The position numbers and the translations under genes are program-made. From Patescibacteria group bacterium UBA7435 (GTDB lineage: Bacteria; Patescibacteriota; Minisyncoccia; Phycocordibacterales; UBA918), in assembly GCA_002477545.1 (NCBI GenBank), contig DLQJ01000016.1:24528-88527 (forward strand): a DNA stretch of 64,000 nucleotides, read 5' to 3'. The notes under the pieces are model-generated. The model had not been told where the DNA came from. It saw only the letters and a list, made by a program, of their open reading frames with translations, and did not search any database. Of this stretch, positions 38,411-48,115 are shown piece by piece; positions within the stretch are counted from its first letter, which is position 1; the number at the start of each line of letters is the position of its first letter.

Positions 38411-38698
38411 TCATAGCCCAATGCTCACTTCTGTTTTCAATCCCCCACTGACACCCTTAAAGTGTAGTTGTGGACCAAGGATGTCAGTCCTTGTACTAAA
38501 TACACCTTCAACTAGTATGTTTCTCTTGTAGTTTTCAGTGAGTGCAGTCACTTTCTCCTCAGTGGTTAGTCCTGTCCGATTTGCATATACCTGCATAGTT
38601 TCGGTCAGGGCCTGTGTGACCACATTTAGGTCAAGTGATGTTTTTGGTGTAGTCATCAGCATAAGCTGTACTCCTTTTGCAAGAACATTCTGAGTCAC
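38411..38698 (-). CDS. Hypothetical small protein (GTG start, no RBS)
   Basis: 95-aa ORF only. Confidence 0.3.
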   Translation of the reverse strand: MTQNVLAKGVQLMLMTTPKTSLDLNVVTQALTETMQVYANRTGLTTEEKVTALTENYKRNILVEGVFSTRTDILGPQLHFKGVSGGLKTEVSIGL

Positions 38699-39099
38699 AA
38701 ATTTTACAAATAAAATCCGCCTCAGAGGGCGGATTTTAAATAGAATGGGAGTTTGTTAACAAATACTTAAAAGACGCCTTACAGTGCGGATTTAAGCGTA
38801 CAGGATGTGAAGCTGCTCCAAGTTTGGATTGTGTGGGTGAGTTTCATTGAGTTTATTATACTTTGTGGTGGGTTGATGTCTAGTGGGTTATTCACGGGGC
38901 GGGCTCGTCCTGACGGTCACAAATTCGCTTACGCTCATAAGTAACTACGGGCTCGGTCACGAATCACTAAGTATAATTTCTACTTCGTAAAAATTCTACT
39001 AAGTGTTCGCTACCCCGGCTCATCAGTCGTGCTCGCTTCGCTGTGCGCAACATGGTTCCGCCTTTCAAGCCCGCACGTAACTGGCCTGAGCCAGTTACT

Positions 39100-39163
39100 C
39101 CCCAAGCACCACATATACAAAAGACCACCCTAGGGTGGTCTTTTGTATATGTGGTGCTTGGGG
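39100..39163. repeat. 64-bp near-perfect palindrome whose right arm is the 3' acceptor end (incl. CCA) of tRNA-Phe
   Basis: ccccaagcaccacatatacaaaagaccaccc|ta|gggtggtcttttgtatatgtggtgcttgggg; the inner part is a T-run terminator for the tRNA. Confidence 0.75.
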
Positions 39164-39227
39164 GCGGGCTTGAACCGCCGACCCTTCGAGCTTCAATCGA
39201 ATGCTCTACCAACTGAGCTACCCAAGC
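39152..39227 (-). tRNA. tRNA-Phe (anticodon GAA), CCA encoded
   Basis: GCTTGGGTAGCTCAGTTGGTAGAGCA..., anticodon loop TTGAAGC, T-arm GGCGGTTCAAGCCCGCC, 3' CCCAAGCACCA. Confidence 0.85.
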
Positions 39228-39356
39228 AAATGATGAACAAAGCGCATGCTTGCATGCAGTTTGTTCGAATGTCGCTTAGGAAAGATTCCTCTTACCCAAG
39301 CATGTGCGCTGTGCGTGGGTGCTATTGTACCTGTTTCTCTATTTTTTTCAATACTA

Positions 39357-39677
39357 TTAGTTCCCCTTTCCTGAAGCCATCCATTCTGTAAATTGTTTAA
39401 GTCCAGGAATTTCTTGTATACCCGCTCGGAATACATCATACGAAGATCCCAGCGCAGTAAAGTATGGCTCCAGTACGTAAAAATACAATGCGAACGGAAG
39501 TCCAACCAGTGCGATATACCATACAATCCGGATCCAAAAAGCCCAGAGACCATTACGGTGGATTTTTTTAAGTAAGTGATTGTTCTCCTCAAGCAATTCA
39601 GAGTTTCGTTCCATTAGTTCTTCCATTTTCTTATGAGAAGCATCAATCTGCGCCTGTAGCTGTGTATCTGTTTCCAT
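39357..39677 (-). CDS. Hypothetical membrane protein with N-terminal coiled-coil segment
   Basis: 106 aa with two TM helices; AGGGTGA RBS. Confidence 0.45.
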   Translation of the reverse strand: METDTQLQAQIDASHKKMEELMERNSELLEENNHLLKKIHRNGLWAFWIRIVWYIALVGLPFALYFYVLEPYFTALGSSYDVFRAGIQEIPGLKQFTEWMASGKGN

Positions 39678-39891
39678 GATAATAATTATATCACCCTAAT
39701 ACCCCGAAATAAGTTTTACTGACAGCACTACCACTGTTACTAAGAATATTCTTCGTAACCAAATGTCGCCAATTTTTATAGCGTATTTAGTTCCCAAATA
39801 GGACCCTGCAAACATTCCTGTAAAAAACTAATCCAAACTTCCAATGAAACTTGAGATAAGTCCAATAAAAAATATTGGAAATAGCTCCATG

Positions 39892-39963
39892 TGCTCTCAC
39901 TAGGAATCGAACCTAGATCTAATCCTTAGGAGGGACTCGTTCTATCCATTGAACTACGAGAGC
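39892..39963 (-). tRNA. tRNA-Arg (anticodon CCT)
   Basis: GCTCTCGTAGTTCAATGGATAGAACG..., anticodon loop CTCCTAA, T-arm TAGGTTCGATTCCTA. Confidence 0.8.
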
Positions 39964-39989
39964 GGTTTTGGATGGAAATACTGTAGCAT

Positions 39990-40022
39990 AAAAAGCACTG
40001 CCCGTGGGGCAGTGCTTTTTTA
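39990..40022. terminator. Bidirectional terminator
   Basis: aaaaagcactgccccgtggggcagtgctttttt. Confidence 0.6.
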
Positions 40023-40034
40023 TGTATTTATAAA

Positions 40035-40268
40035 CTAGGCAAGTAGCTCCGCAACCTTTGCTTCATCAAAGCCGACCACAACATCGTCTCCGATTCGGAT
40101 CACTGGCACGCCCATCTGTCCGGTCATTTCGATCATCTCCTGTCGCTTTTCTTGATCAGAAGCAACGTCAATTTCTGTATACTCTACATTATTATCTTTA
40201 AAATATTCCTTCGCAGCCTGGCAAAAATGGCAAACTGGAGTACTGTAAATTGTTACTGTTTTATCCAT
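40035..40268 (-). CDS. Glutaredoxin-like protein (NrdH/YruB-like, CHFC active site)
   Basis: 77 aa, thioredoxin fold: TIYSTPVCHFCQAAKEYF...GVPVI. Confidence 0.65.
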   Translation of the reverse strand: MDKTVTIYSTPVCHFCQAAKEYFKDNNVEYTEIDVASDQEKRQEMIEMTGQMGVPVIRIGDDVVVGFDEAKVAELLA

Positions 40269-40305
40269 AGCAAGAATTATACCATTCTGTTTTAAAAGTG
40301 CGAGA

Positions 40306-40674
40306 CTACCGCCAGAAAAGATACCAAGGAGGGGCTACAGCTTCTTCTGCTTGGACTTCTACAACCTCTTCATTCTCTCCTACAAGAATAATTACCTGTT
40401 CTCCCTCCCGAGCAACGTCAAAATTTTTCCGCATCTCTTCCTCAATTCCTCGTTCTCCTTCTAAATACTCCACTCGATCTTCCAGCTGTACTTTGCGTTC
40501 TTCCATACGATCTAATTCTGCTTCAGACTGTGCTCGTCTGCCGGACATCTCACGCTCTACGGTATACCGTTCGTACACGCTGACTCCCAACGCCACACCA
40601 ATGATAACGAGTACCAGAATAACTGGTCGGGAGTAGAGATATGTCTTATAGTTGTTTTTCTTGCCGAATTGCAT
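40306..40674 (-). CDS. Septum formation initiator (FtsB/DivIC-like) family protein
   Basis: N-terminal TM helix plus coiled-coil (ELDRMEERKVQLEDRVEYLEGE), 122 aa. Confidence 0.5.
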   Translation of the reverse strand: MQFGKKNNYKTYLYSRPVILVLVIIGVALGVSVYERYTVEREMSGRRAQSEAELDRMEERKVQLEDRVEYLEGERGIEEEMRKNFDVAREGEQVIILVGENEEVVEVQAEEAVAPPWYLFWR

Positions 40675-40734
40675 AGATCAGTACTTTTTATGCTATTATT
40701 TTAGCACTTTATAGATTAATCTACGCACACAACT

Positions 40735-40866
40735 ATGAGCTTCATGTATGATAAACGGACTAAAAAGGCAATGAAATGGGTTTGGGTGGTAATCGCCAGC
40801 CTGATTGTGCTTAGCATGATCTTTGCATACTCTGGTGGTGCTTCTCTCCTTGGAGGACACGGATAG
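40735..40866 (+). CDS. Possible small membrane protein (43 aa), below the ORF-track cutoff
   Basis: ATG...TAG ORF MSFMYDKRTKKAMKWVWVVIASLIVLSMIFAYSGGASLLGGHG with a single TM, followed by a terminator. Confidence 0.25.
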   Translation: MSFMYDKRTKKAMKWVWVVIASLIVLSMIFAYSGGASLLGGHG

Positions 40867-40880
40867 CCATCAGAAAATAA

Positions 40881-40912
40881 CAAAAGACCGATACTAAAGT
40901 ATCGGTCTTTTG
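40881..40912. terminator. Bidirectional terminator
   Basis: caaaagaccgatactaaagtatcggtcttttg. Confidence 0.6.
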
Positions 40913-40980
40913 TGTTCCTAGATTGTCGCGCTCCGCTGGCAATGACGATGTGTTTTGCAACAAAGTAATTACTAAATATT

Positions 40981-42774
40981 TTAATCGTCCTTTATCATTT
41001 TCATAAACACGTCAGGGGGTATATGTACATTTCCCATTCCTCTTGCCAGCGCCTTTTTCTTCCCCTTCTTCTGCTTATCCAAAAGTTTATTCTTACGAGA
41101 TACATCTCCTCCATAAAGTCCCGCGGTTACATCCTTACGCATTGCTGAGAGCGAGCGTGATGCAATAATTTTTCCGAGTACTTTTGCTTGTAGTTTTGTT
41201 ACAAACTGCTGTCTCGGCATTGTTTTATACAATTTCTCTACCACTGCCTTTGCATCAAATTCAGCTCGTGCCATCCCTACTACTCGGGAGAACGCTGGGA
41301 CCACCTCTTCAGCAACCAGTACATCAAGTCGTGCCACGTGCGCAGTACGCATTTCGGCAATTTCGTAAGATAGTGATGCATATCCACTTGAAGCATTTTT
41401 CAACTTATCAAAGAATCCCCGCATGAGTTCCCGTAATGGCATTTCGATTGTCAGAAGATTACGCCCGTCCCCAAGTACTTCAGTATCAATAACCCCTGAC
41501 TCATGATCAAAAAGAAGTGTCATGATATTTCCTACATATTCTGGTGGCAAAATAATCTGACCCAAGATCCATGGTTCACGGATAGTAACCTTCGCTCCAT
41601 GATCTGGGAAGCGTGACGCTGCATAAATTTCTTCAACAGTTCCATCATCGTGGGTGATTTCATACGAAATTGATGGTGAAGTAATCACAAGCTCAATATT
41701 AAACTCGCGACGCAGTCGCTCAGTAATGATCTCTAAGTGAAGCATTCCAAGGAACCCACAACGAAACCCTCGCCCGAGTACACCAGATGATTCTTCTTCA
41801 TATGAAAGTGAGGAGTCTGAAAGCTGGAGACGATCGAGTGCTTGGCGGAGCATAGTGAAGTCATCCTGACTTTCAGGAAACACTGACGCCCATACCACTG
41901 GGTGCGCTTTTTGGTATCCCGGAAGTGCTTCAGCGTTACTTTTTTCAAACATCAATGTGTCTCCTACTGCAGCAACCCCGGGTTCTTTAATACCGGTGAC
42001 GATGTATCCAATCTCTCCTTCAGTTAGAAGGTCGGTCGGTACCTCCTCTGGGGCCAACATACCCACCTCAAGGGCCTGAAATGACTTACCACTGATGGCA
42101 AACTTCAGTTTGTCCCCTTTCTTCACCTGTCCGTCGAAAACCCGCTGGTAAACGATAATACCGCGGTGATTAGAATATTGAAAATCAAAGATAAGGCCTC
42201 GATATTGATCTGATCCTGAAACGGTTGGTGCTGGAATACGTTCACAGATTGCGTCCAGTAGTTCTGGCACACCTTCTCCTGTTTTACCTGATGCACATAA
42301 AATATCTTCGAGTTCGCAATCAAGCAGATTAATAAGGTCTTCAGATACTTCGTCGATGCGTGCGTAGGATACATCTACTTTGGTAAGTACGGGAATGATC
42401 TTTAGCTTAAGATCTTTTGCCATCTGGAGTACAGAAAGTGTTTGTGCCTGCACGCCTTGCGTACTGTCTACCAATAAAAGCACTCCCTCAACCGCGTTAA
42501 GTGCTCGTGATACTTCATACGAAAAGTCGATGTGCCCCGGAGTGTCAATCAAGTTCATTTCAAAAGCGACTCCATCTTTGAGGTACTCCATGCGGGCCGG
42601 CTGCATCTTGATGGTAATCCCCCGTTCACGCTCAAGATCCATGGAGTCCAATACTTGGTTTTGCATCTTACGTGCCTCCACGGTCCCTGTCTCCTCCAAC
42701 ATACGGTCAGAAAGCGTCGACTTGCCGTGATCGATATGTGCGATTATAGAAAAATTACGTATTTGTTTAGCCAT
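40981..42774 (-). CDS. lepA: Elongation factor 4 (LepA)
   Basis: GTPase motifs NFSIIAHIDHGKST, DTPGH, NKVD; LepA-specific C-terminal domain; start at internal ATG (MAKQIRN). Confidence 0.95.
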   Translation of the reverse strand: MAKQIRNFSIIAHIDHGKSTLSDRMLEETGTVEARKMQNQVLDSMDLERERGITIKMQPARMEYLKDGVAFEMNLIDTPGHIDFSYEVSRALNAVEGVLLLVDSTQGVQAQTLSVLQMAKDLKLKIIPVLTKVDVSYARIDEVSEDLINLLDCELEDILCASGKTGEGVPELLDAICERIPAPTVSGSDQYRGLIFDFQYSNHRGIIVYQRVFDGQVKKGDKLKFAISGKSFQALEVGMLAPEEVPTDLLTEGEIGYIVTGIKEPGVAAVGDTLMFEKSNAEALPGYQKAHPVVWASVFPESQDDFTMLRQALDRLQLSDSSLSYEEESSGVLGRGFRCGFLGMLHLEIITERLRREFNIELVITSPSISYEITHDDGTVEEIYAASRFPDHGAKVTIREPWILGQIILPPEYVGNIMTLLFDHESGVIDTEVLGDGRNLLTIEMPLRELMRGFFDKLKNASSGYASLSYEIAEMRTAHVARLDVLVAEEVVPAFSRVVGMARAEFDAKAVVEKLYKTMPRQQFVTKLQAKVLGKIIASRSLSAMRKDVTAGLYGGDVSRKNKLLDKQKKGKKKALARGMGNVHIPPDVFMKMIKDD

Positions 42775-42956
42775 ATAGTGTGCGTACTCTACCTTAATCC
42801 GGTACCGAGTGCAAAGAAATATCCCTGTCTTAATCGGCAAAATTCTGAGGATAGTTCGGGAAACTAGTTGAAAACTAGATGAGTCATATTTTATTATATG
42901 GTGAATGAAGTTTTCAATGTAGTGCCGAAGAAATATTCGAGAATTTTGTTGATTAT

Positions 42957-44633
42957 TTAAAGTACATCGTCCTGCGACACCACAACTTCGGTCTTGAACA
43001 AACGTCCTTTAAATGATTTAAAGACTTCAGACAACTCAGGAGAGCGCACTACATAGTATGTTAAAATCACCCCAAGAATACCGGCGAGTGCCCCCATAAA
43101 CCCTTGTAAGAAAATACCAATAAATGTTTCTTCATCAATTCCGAAAATAAAGAAGTTTAATGCGGCGTATGCACAAAATCCTCCAACCACGGCGGCAAGC
43201 ACTGACCGAAACGCGTGTAACGGAATCCATGCTGTGTCGAATGAGAACGTCCGTGCGGCAACAATCATGAGTACGCAGACTTGTAAGATAATTGCGACAC
43301 TGTAGGCGGCGGCAATGGTGAGTACCTCAGAACCAGCAACGGCATTGGTACGCATAAGCACTCCAATAGCAGTGTGTGCCTCAGGAGATGCGACATACCA
43401 TGCATACAAAGAGTACGTAAGCCCAACTGCGCTTATTGATCCAAAGAGCGTCACAAGAAACGGAATCTTGGTATACCCTCCTGCATAAAATACACGCACC
43501 AACAGTAGATTAACTGCCTGTGCAAAAAGCGAAATACACAACAACGCAAGTACTGCGGCAGTTAGACGTGTGTCTCCCCAGTCAAACGCTCCACTTCCAA
43601 GTACCACACGCACCATTTGTGCACGAAGGACAATAATTAATCCAATCACGGGAACGGACCAAAAAATAATATGTCGTAAGGCGGTCACAATGTGTATCCG
43701 AAACGCGTCCATTTTCTTTTGCGCATACAAATCAGCAAGCAAAGGAAACGCAGCTATTGAATAACTCGCTCCAATGATTGCCAGCGGTACTGACTGAAGA
43801 TTGTATGCAAACTGAAACACAGCAACTGACCCAACGGTCATCAAACTTGCAATACCTACCAAAATCAACAAAACAATCTGATGCATTGCCAAGGTTAATG
43901 CGCGAGGAATCGACACCTTGAGTATCGATCCAATAAGTAACCAGTCAAAATTGGTGACTACCCCAAAGGAAAGGTCACTTTGGCGCACCAGTGGGAGCTG
44001 TACGAGCATGTGCCCTAGTGCCCCAAAGACTACTCCCCACGCAATACCAGAGACCCCTATAACAGGATACAGAAAAATAATACCTAGGATAATACCGAGA
44101 TTATAAATTAGCGGACTTATTGCATACAAAACGAATCGATGTCCAATTTGAGTAATCACACCAAAGAGACTTGAGACACCAAGCAGTAACGGTTGCAGCA
44201 ACAGCACACGCAATACTGCAGTAATCTCGGGAACCTGTTCAAGCATGCCAGGGAATACTACTGGCACAATATAGGGTGCCAGTACCCAGACTAATCCAGC
44301 AAGGATCGTGTAGAAAATAAGAAAGAGTGAAAATACTTGCCCGAGCACCAACTTCGCCTGCGAAGAATCGGAAGCGGTAATACGAGAAACAACAAACGGA
44401 ATCAGTACGTACACCGACAGCGTTGACGCGAACAATACATAGAGCAGATCAGGAATACGAAATGCGGCGTAATAGATATCGAGCTCAATACCTGCACCAA
44501 ATTGGTGCGCAAGCATTCGGTCACGCACCAAAGCCAACAACTGAGAACCGAACGCAAATAATGCAAGAACATACGCGGCCTGATGCAGACCGCGTACTTC
44601 TTTATACATCATTTTAATCACCCGCTTCACCAT
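42957..44633 (-). CDS. murJ: Lipid II flippase MurJ (MviN family)
   Basis: 558 aa with 14 predicted TM helices and a MurJ-like N-terminus (LALVRDRMLAHQFGAGIELDIYYAAFRIPDLLYVLF). Confidence 0.85.
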   Translation of the reverse strand: MVKRVIKMMYKEVRGLHQAAYVLALFAFGSQLLALVRDRMLAHQFGAGIELDIYYAAFRIPDLLYVLFASTLSVYVLIPFVVSRITASDSSQAKLVLGQVFSLFLIFYTILAGLVWVLAPYIVPVVFPGMLEQVPEITAVLRVLLLQPLLLGVSSLFGVITQIGHRFVLYAISPLIYNLGIILGIIFLYPVIGVSGIAWGVVFGALGHMLVQLPLVRQSDLSFGVVTNFDWLLIGSILKVSIPRALTLAMHQIVLLILVGIASLMTVGSVAVFQFAYNLQSVPLAIIGASYSIAAFPLLADLYAQKKMDAFRIHIVTALRHIIFWSVPVIGLIIVLRAQMVRVVLGSGAFDWGDTRLTAAVLALLCISLFAQAVNLLLVRVFYAGGYTKIPFLVTLFGSISAVGLTYSLYAWYVASPEAHTAIGVLMRTNAVAGSEVLTIAAAYSVAIILQVCVLMIVAARTFSFDTAWIPLHAFRSVLAAVVGGFCAYAALNFFIFGIDEETFIGIFLQGFMGALAGILGVILTYYVVRSPELSEVFKSFKGRLFKTEVVVSQDDVL

Positions 44634-44640
44634 GATTATA

Positions 44641-47154
44641 TTAGTTTACTTCTTCTACTTCAGCTGGTTCTTCAATTACTTCTTCTTCTGAAGTGTCGTC
44701 AGCCACCGTATTGACCGTACTTACCAATGGAGTATCTGGAGCTTCGGTTGTAGTGACGTTTTCTTCTGATCCAGAAACCGCTTCGGCTTCTTCTATTGGT
44801 TCAGTTGCAGTTTGTGGAGCTTCAAGTGGTGCACCACTTTCTAGCTGTGCCACCAAATCAGCAACATCAGTGTTATCTGGATTTAGTTCAAGTACTACTT
44901 TCATTTGTTCTAATGCCGCATCTGCATTGCCACTTTGAACAAAAGCTAAAGCAAGGAAATATCGTGCGTTTGCATAACTTGGGTCAAGCACTACTGCTTG
45001 AGAAAAAGCAGCAATAGCGCCTTCAATATTTTCAGCTGAAGATTCAAGGATACCGAGTTGATAATATCGTGCAGGGTTATTTGGTTCAAGAGAGATAATT
45101 GCTCGAGTAGTTGCAATTGCATCATCCACATTTCCAGCTGCGATATCAAGCTGTGTCAGGAAAAACAATGCATCGGTGTAGTTCTGCTTAAGTTGCACTG
45201 CTGCAATTGCTGAAGTTCGGGCTCCTTCAAGGTCTCCTGTTCTTGAAGCAAGCTGTGCTTCAAGCAAAGCGTACGACGGGTTTGTTGGATCTAGTAGTCG
45301 CGCTTGCCCAAATGCTTCTTTAGCGCGGTCACTTGCTCCTTCTACACCGGCTGCTGCAAGAATACTAAATACTGCGCCAAGTGTTGAATGATTCAAAGGG
45401 TTCGTTGGATCAGTGTCTACCGCCAACTGTGCAGCGTTTACTCCGTTTGCTGCTGCACTTTGGAATAACTGTTGTTGTTCAGCTGTCGGTTCAGCTAATG
45501 CAAGTAGTGAATTCATCTTTGCAAGTTGATATCCAGCAAGCTGTCGTGCATATACGTCATTTGGATTTACTGCATACGCCTCGGCAATTTTCTGTTCGAC
45601 TGATTCAATGGTTGTGTTCGGAGTTACTTCATTAATTGCCTGTGTAAACGAATACACTGATGCATAGTGGCGACCGGTGTAATAGAGCACGCTTACTGAA
45701 CCAACAATCACCAACATCACAATTGCTACTAAGATAAACCCAGCACGCTTACTTGCAGTAATAGAAACGGAACGTGTTGAAGCGTTGAGGAGCGTACCGT
45801 GAGCTAAGAACATAATGCTAGTAAACATCGCAGCAAGCAATAGAATGGTTGGCCCTGGATTATAAAAGAACGACATTCCCCAGAGATATCCTGAGGCAAC
45901 AAATGATGATGTCCCAATGAAGTACCAAAAACGATCAACATGCACTGTTTTGAAAAGCATGCGGAAGCCTGCAGCCAGAAACAGTACAAAGAACGTAAAC
46001 CAGGCGATTACCCCAAAAATTCCAACGGTTACAAACTGTGTGGTAATAAACCCACTTGCGCTGGTGAAATCAGTTTCCCAAAAAAGCGTTTGGTTAATTG
46101 ACGCGTCTTTATATAAACGCCAGGCATCACTGAATCGGTTTGGCCCGATTCCTACAAATGCATTTTCCTGATACACATTGCGAGCAATATCAACGGTTGC
46201 TTCCAGTGAAGGTCGCACTTCTACATACGACACACCGGTAACGTCAGAAACGATTCCTCCTACAGCTGACCCTCCGATGATGAAGAGTGTGGAAACGACA
46301 AACACCATTGTAGACAACGAAATAGAATAGAGAGAAACGGTGGGTTGCGTATCCAGACCAAGAGATTGTTCTGAGAATCGGTCTTTAGTGAGGGTGTACA
46401 TCAAAAGCACGAGACTCACCAATGCAAGCACGATCCAAATAGCAAAGAAGTTCACCACCATGAGCATCAGCAATGAGACGCTTACTACAGAAGAAAAGAG
46501 AATCTTCCCCCACTTAGTTAATGGAAGTTGCTCAAGGGCAACAAGCGAAAGAAGAATAGAGAGACCGAAGAACAACCCGAGGTCATTCCATCCACCCATA
46601 GGCGTACTCGTAGCACCTCCAAAAACTCCTAAGGATAGGAAACTCTCTCCAAAGAGAATACGAGCTACATGGAAAAGTCCTAGAATTACCGCACTTCCTG
46701 TAAGAAGTACGTACAATCGCATAATCGTTGACTTGGTCTGTCCAAATACCGAAGAAATACTTGCGGTTACTGCCAACAGAAGTGTGAACAACGCCGTTTG
46801 CACGCCAAAGGTATCTCCGATAAACGAATCATACATGTCACCCGAGAGAAGTGCTGACACGGCAGTTACAATGGCTATCCCCCAGAATGCAACAAGTGCC
46901 CATGGCGCAGTAAAGGTAATCTTTCCAGAACGAAGTACTGAAAGACTGAAGAAAATAAGTGCAACGAATACGCCTACAATAATAAATAATGTTTTTGTGT
47001 ATCCAAAAGGTGCATACACCGTTGGGATAAAGAACAATGGTAGTAAACCAAAAATTACTACAATACTATTTTGTGCAATAGTGCGTAGCGAAACTTCAAT
47101 CTTATCCTTCCGTTCTTCTTGTTGCTGTGAAACAGCGTGAAATGATTCCTGCAT
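44641..47154 (-). CDS. O-antigen ligase-like polytopic membrane protein with C-terminal TPR repeats
   Basis: 837 aa; ~12 TM helices (Wzy_C-like) followed by multiple TPR-like repeats and an acidic tail. Confidence 0.65.
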   Translation of the reverse strand: MQESFHAVSQQQEERKDKIEVSLRTIAQNSIVVIFGLLPLFFIPTVYAPFGYTKTLFIIVGVFVALIFFSLSVLRSGKITFTAPWALVAFWGIAIVTAVSALLSGDMYDSFIGDTFGVQTALFTLLLAVTASISSVFGQTKSTIMRLYVLLTGSAVILGLFHVARILFGESFLSLGVFGGATSTPMGGWNDLGLFFGLSILLSLVALEQLPLTKWGKILFSSVVSVSLLMLMVVNFFAIWIVLALVSLVLLMYTLTKDRFSEQSLGLDTQPTVSLYSISLSTMVFVVSTLFIIGGSAVGGIVSDVTGVSYVEVRPSLEATVDIARNVYQENAFVGIGPNRFSDAWRLYKDASINQTLFWETDFTSASGFITTQFVTVGIFGVIAWFTFFVLFLAAGFRMLFKTVHVDRFWYFIGTSSFVASGYLWGMSFFYNPGPTILLLAAMFTSIMFLAHGTLLNASTRSVSITASKRAGFILVAIVMLVIVGSVSVLYYTGRHYASVYSFTQAINEVTPNTTIESVEQKIAEAYAVNPNDVYARQLAGYQLAKMNSLLALAEPTAEQQQLFQSAAANGVNAAQLAVDTDPTNPLNHSTLGAVFSILAAAGVEGASDRAKEAFGQARLLDPTNPSYALLEAQLASRTGDLEGARTSAIAAVQLKQNYTDALFFLTQLDIAAGNVDDAIATTRAIISLEPNNPARYYQLGILESSAENIEGAIAAFSQAVVLDPSYANARYFLALAFVQSGNADAALEQMKVVLELNPDNTDVADLVAQLESGAPLEAPQTATEPIEEAEAVSGSEENVTTTEAPDTPLVSTVNTVADDTSEEEVIEEPAEVEEVN

Positions 47155-47221
47155 ACATGTGCTAATCCATTAATCCCTAAATAATATATACCTAAAGAAT
47201 ACCATATATACAAAAACCCCC

Positions 47222-47578
47222 ATACGGAGGTTTTTTGTATACGCGATAAGCCGGATTTTGTCTAGAAAATTCTAGGATGGTCATATACCTAGGGCATGTA
47301 TTGCTACATACCTCATGCGGCTCTCCTATATAAAATAGGCACGGCCTTGCATGCAAGTAAGGATTTAGCCGTTTCACCCTCGTGGTTGCCCACAAGATTT
47401 ATCCCAAGGGGATATTTTTCCCTTTCGGGTCCAACGTCACTGCTCGCACCTCTGAATACAATGTATTACGACGGGAGTTACCCGCTACCTTTTTTGATCT
47501 ATAAATAGAAAAACATGTCCGGACTTTCCTCTTGTACGTACCATATGATACATACAAGCAACCATCTGCGTGCATGCA
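47222..47578 (-). ncRNA. rnpB: RNase P RNA (bacterial type; rnpB)
   Basis: Minus strand carries P4 5' strand AGGAAAGUCCGGAC, GAGGGUGAAACGGC (J11/12-like), P4 3' strand ACAAAAUCCGGCUUA, pairing P1/P2 strands, an upstream TTGCAA-16-CATAAT promoter and a downstream terminator (47213-47243). Confidence 0.7.
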
Positions 47579-47618
47579 TTATGCCACATTAAAATAAAAT
47601 TGCAATTTTATGAAGGTA

Positions 47619-48101
47619 CTACTGCACAAAGCGGCCAGGGAGCGCCAACTTACTACCGATTTGTATATTAAAATCATCAGTAAAATACGCATTCACCTCA
47701 AGTACATATCGTGCATTTTGTTCTGGCGTAAATACCGTAGGATACGTATCCGGCTTTATGTTTTTTTCTATATGTATTAGCTCTAACTGATCATCAAACC
47801 ACATAATATCTAGGGGGTAGTGCATGTCGTTCATCCAAATGCCGTGCCGATCATTAGTATCAAACACAAATAATTTTCCACCAAACTCTGGTAATGAATC
47901 CGTTCCTGAAAGACCTTTCATTCTTTCACTATGTGTATCAGCAACCGTTGCTGTTACTGTCGCAAGACCAACATGGACCGTGTACAATTCATCTTTCGTA
48001 CTAAATCGTTCTTTGATATTGTCAGAATACAAAGAAAATGCATATACACCGACCACAACAAGTGTAACTACAAAGACTATTTCTAAGAACAATTTAATCA
48101 T
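47619..48101 (-). CDS. DUF192-family protein (COG1430-like)
   Basis: N-terminal TM segment; KLFVFD...GIWMNDMHYPLDIMW pattern. Confidence 0.55.
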   Translation of the reverse strand: MIKLFLEIVFVVTLVVVGVYAFSLYSDNIKERFSTKDELYTVHVGLATVTATVADTHSERMKGLSGTDSLPEFGGKLFVFDTNDRHGIWMNDMHYPLDIMWFDDQLELIHIEKNIKPDTYPTVFTPEQNARYVLEVNAYFTDDFNIQIGSKLALPGRFVQ

Positions 48102-48115
48102 ATGTTATAGATAGT

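Noticed and set aside
38880-39100. Possible tmRNA (ssrA), suggested by GGGGCGGGCTCGTCCTGACGG resembling a tmRNA 5' end
   Set aside because: I could find no partner T-arm or acceptor 3' strand (…CCGCCCCACCA) and no plausible tag reading frame ending in AA-stop on either strand. The region is kept only as an unexplained structured region.
38967-39212. 81-aa minus-strand ORF
   Set aside because: It runs through the tRNA-Phe gene and its palindromic terminator. It is a GC-rich structured-RNA region and not coding.
47296-47508. 70-aa + strand ORF
   Set aside because: It overlaps the RNase P RNA gene on the opposite strand, and its sequence is explained by the structured RNA.
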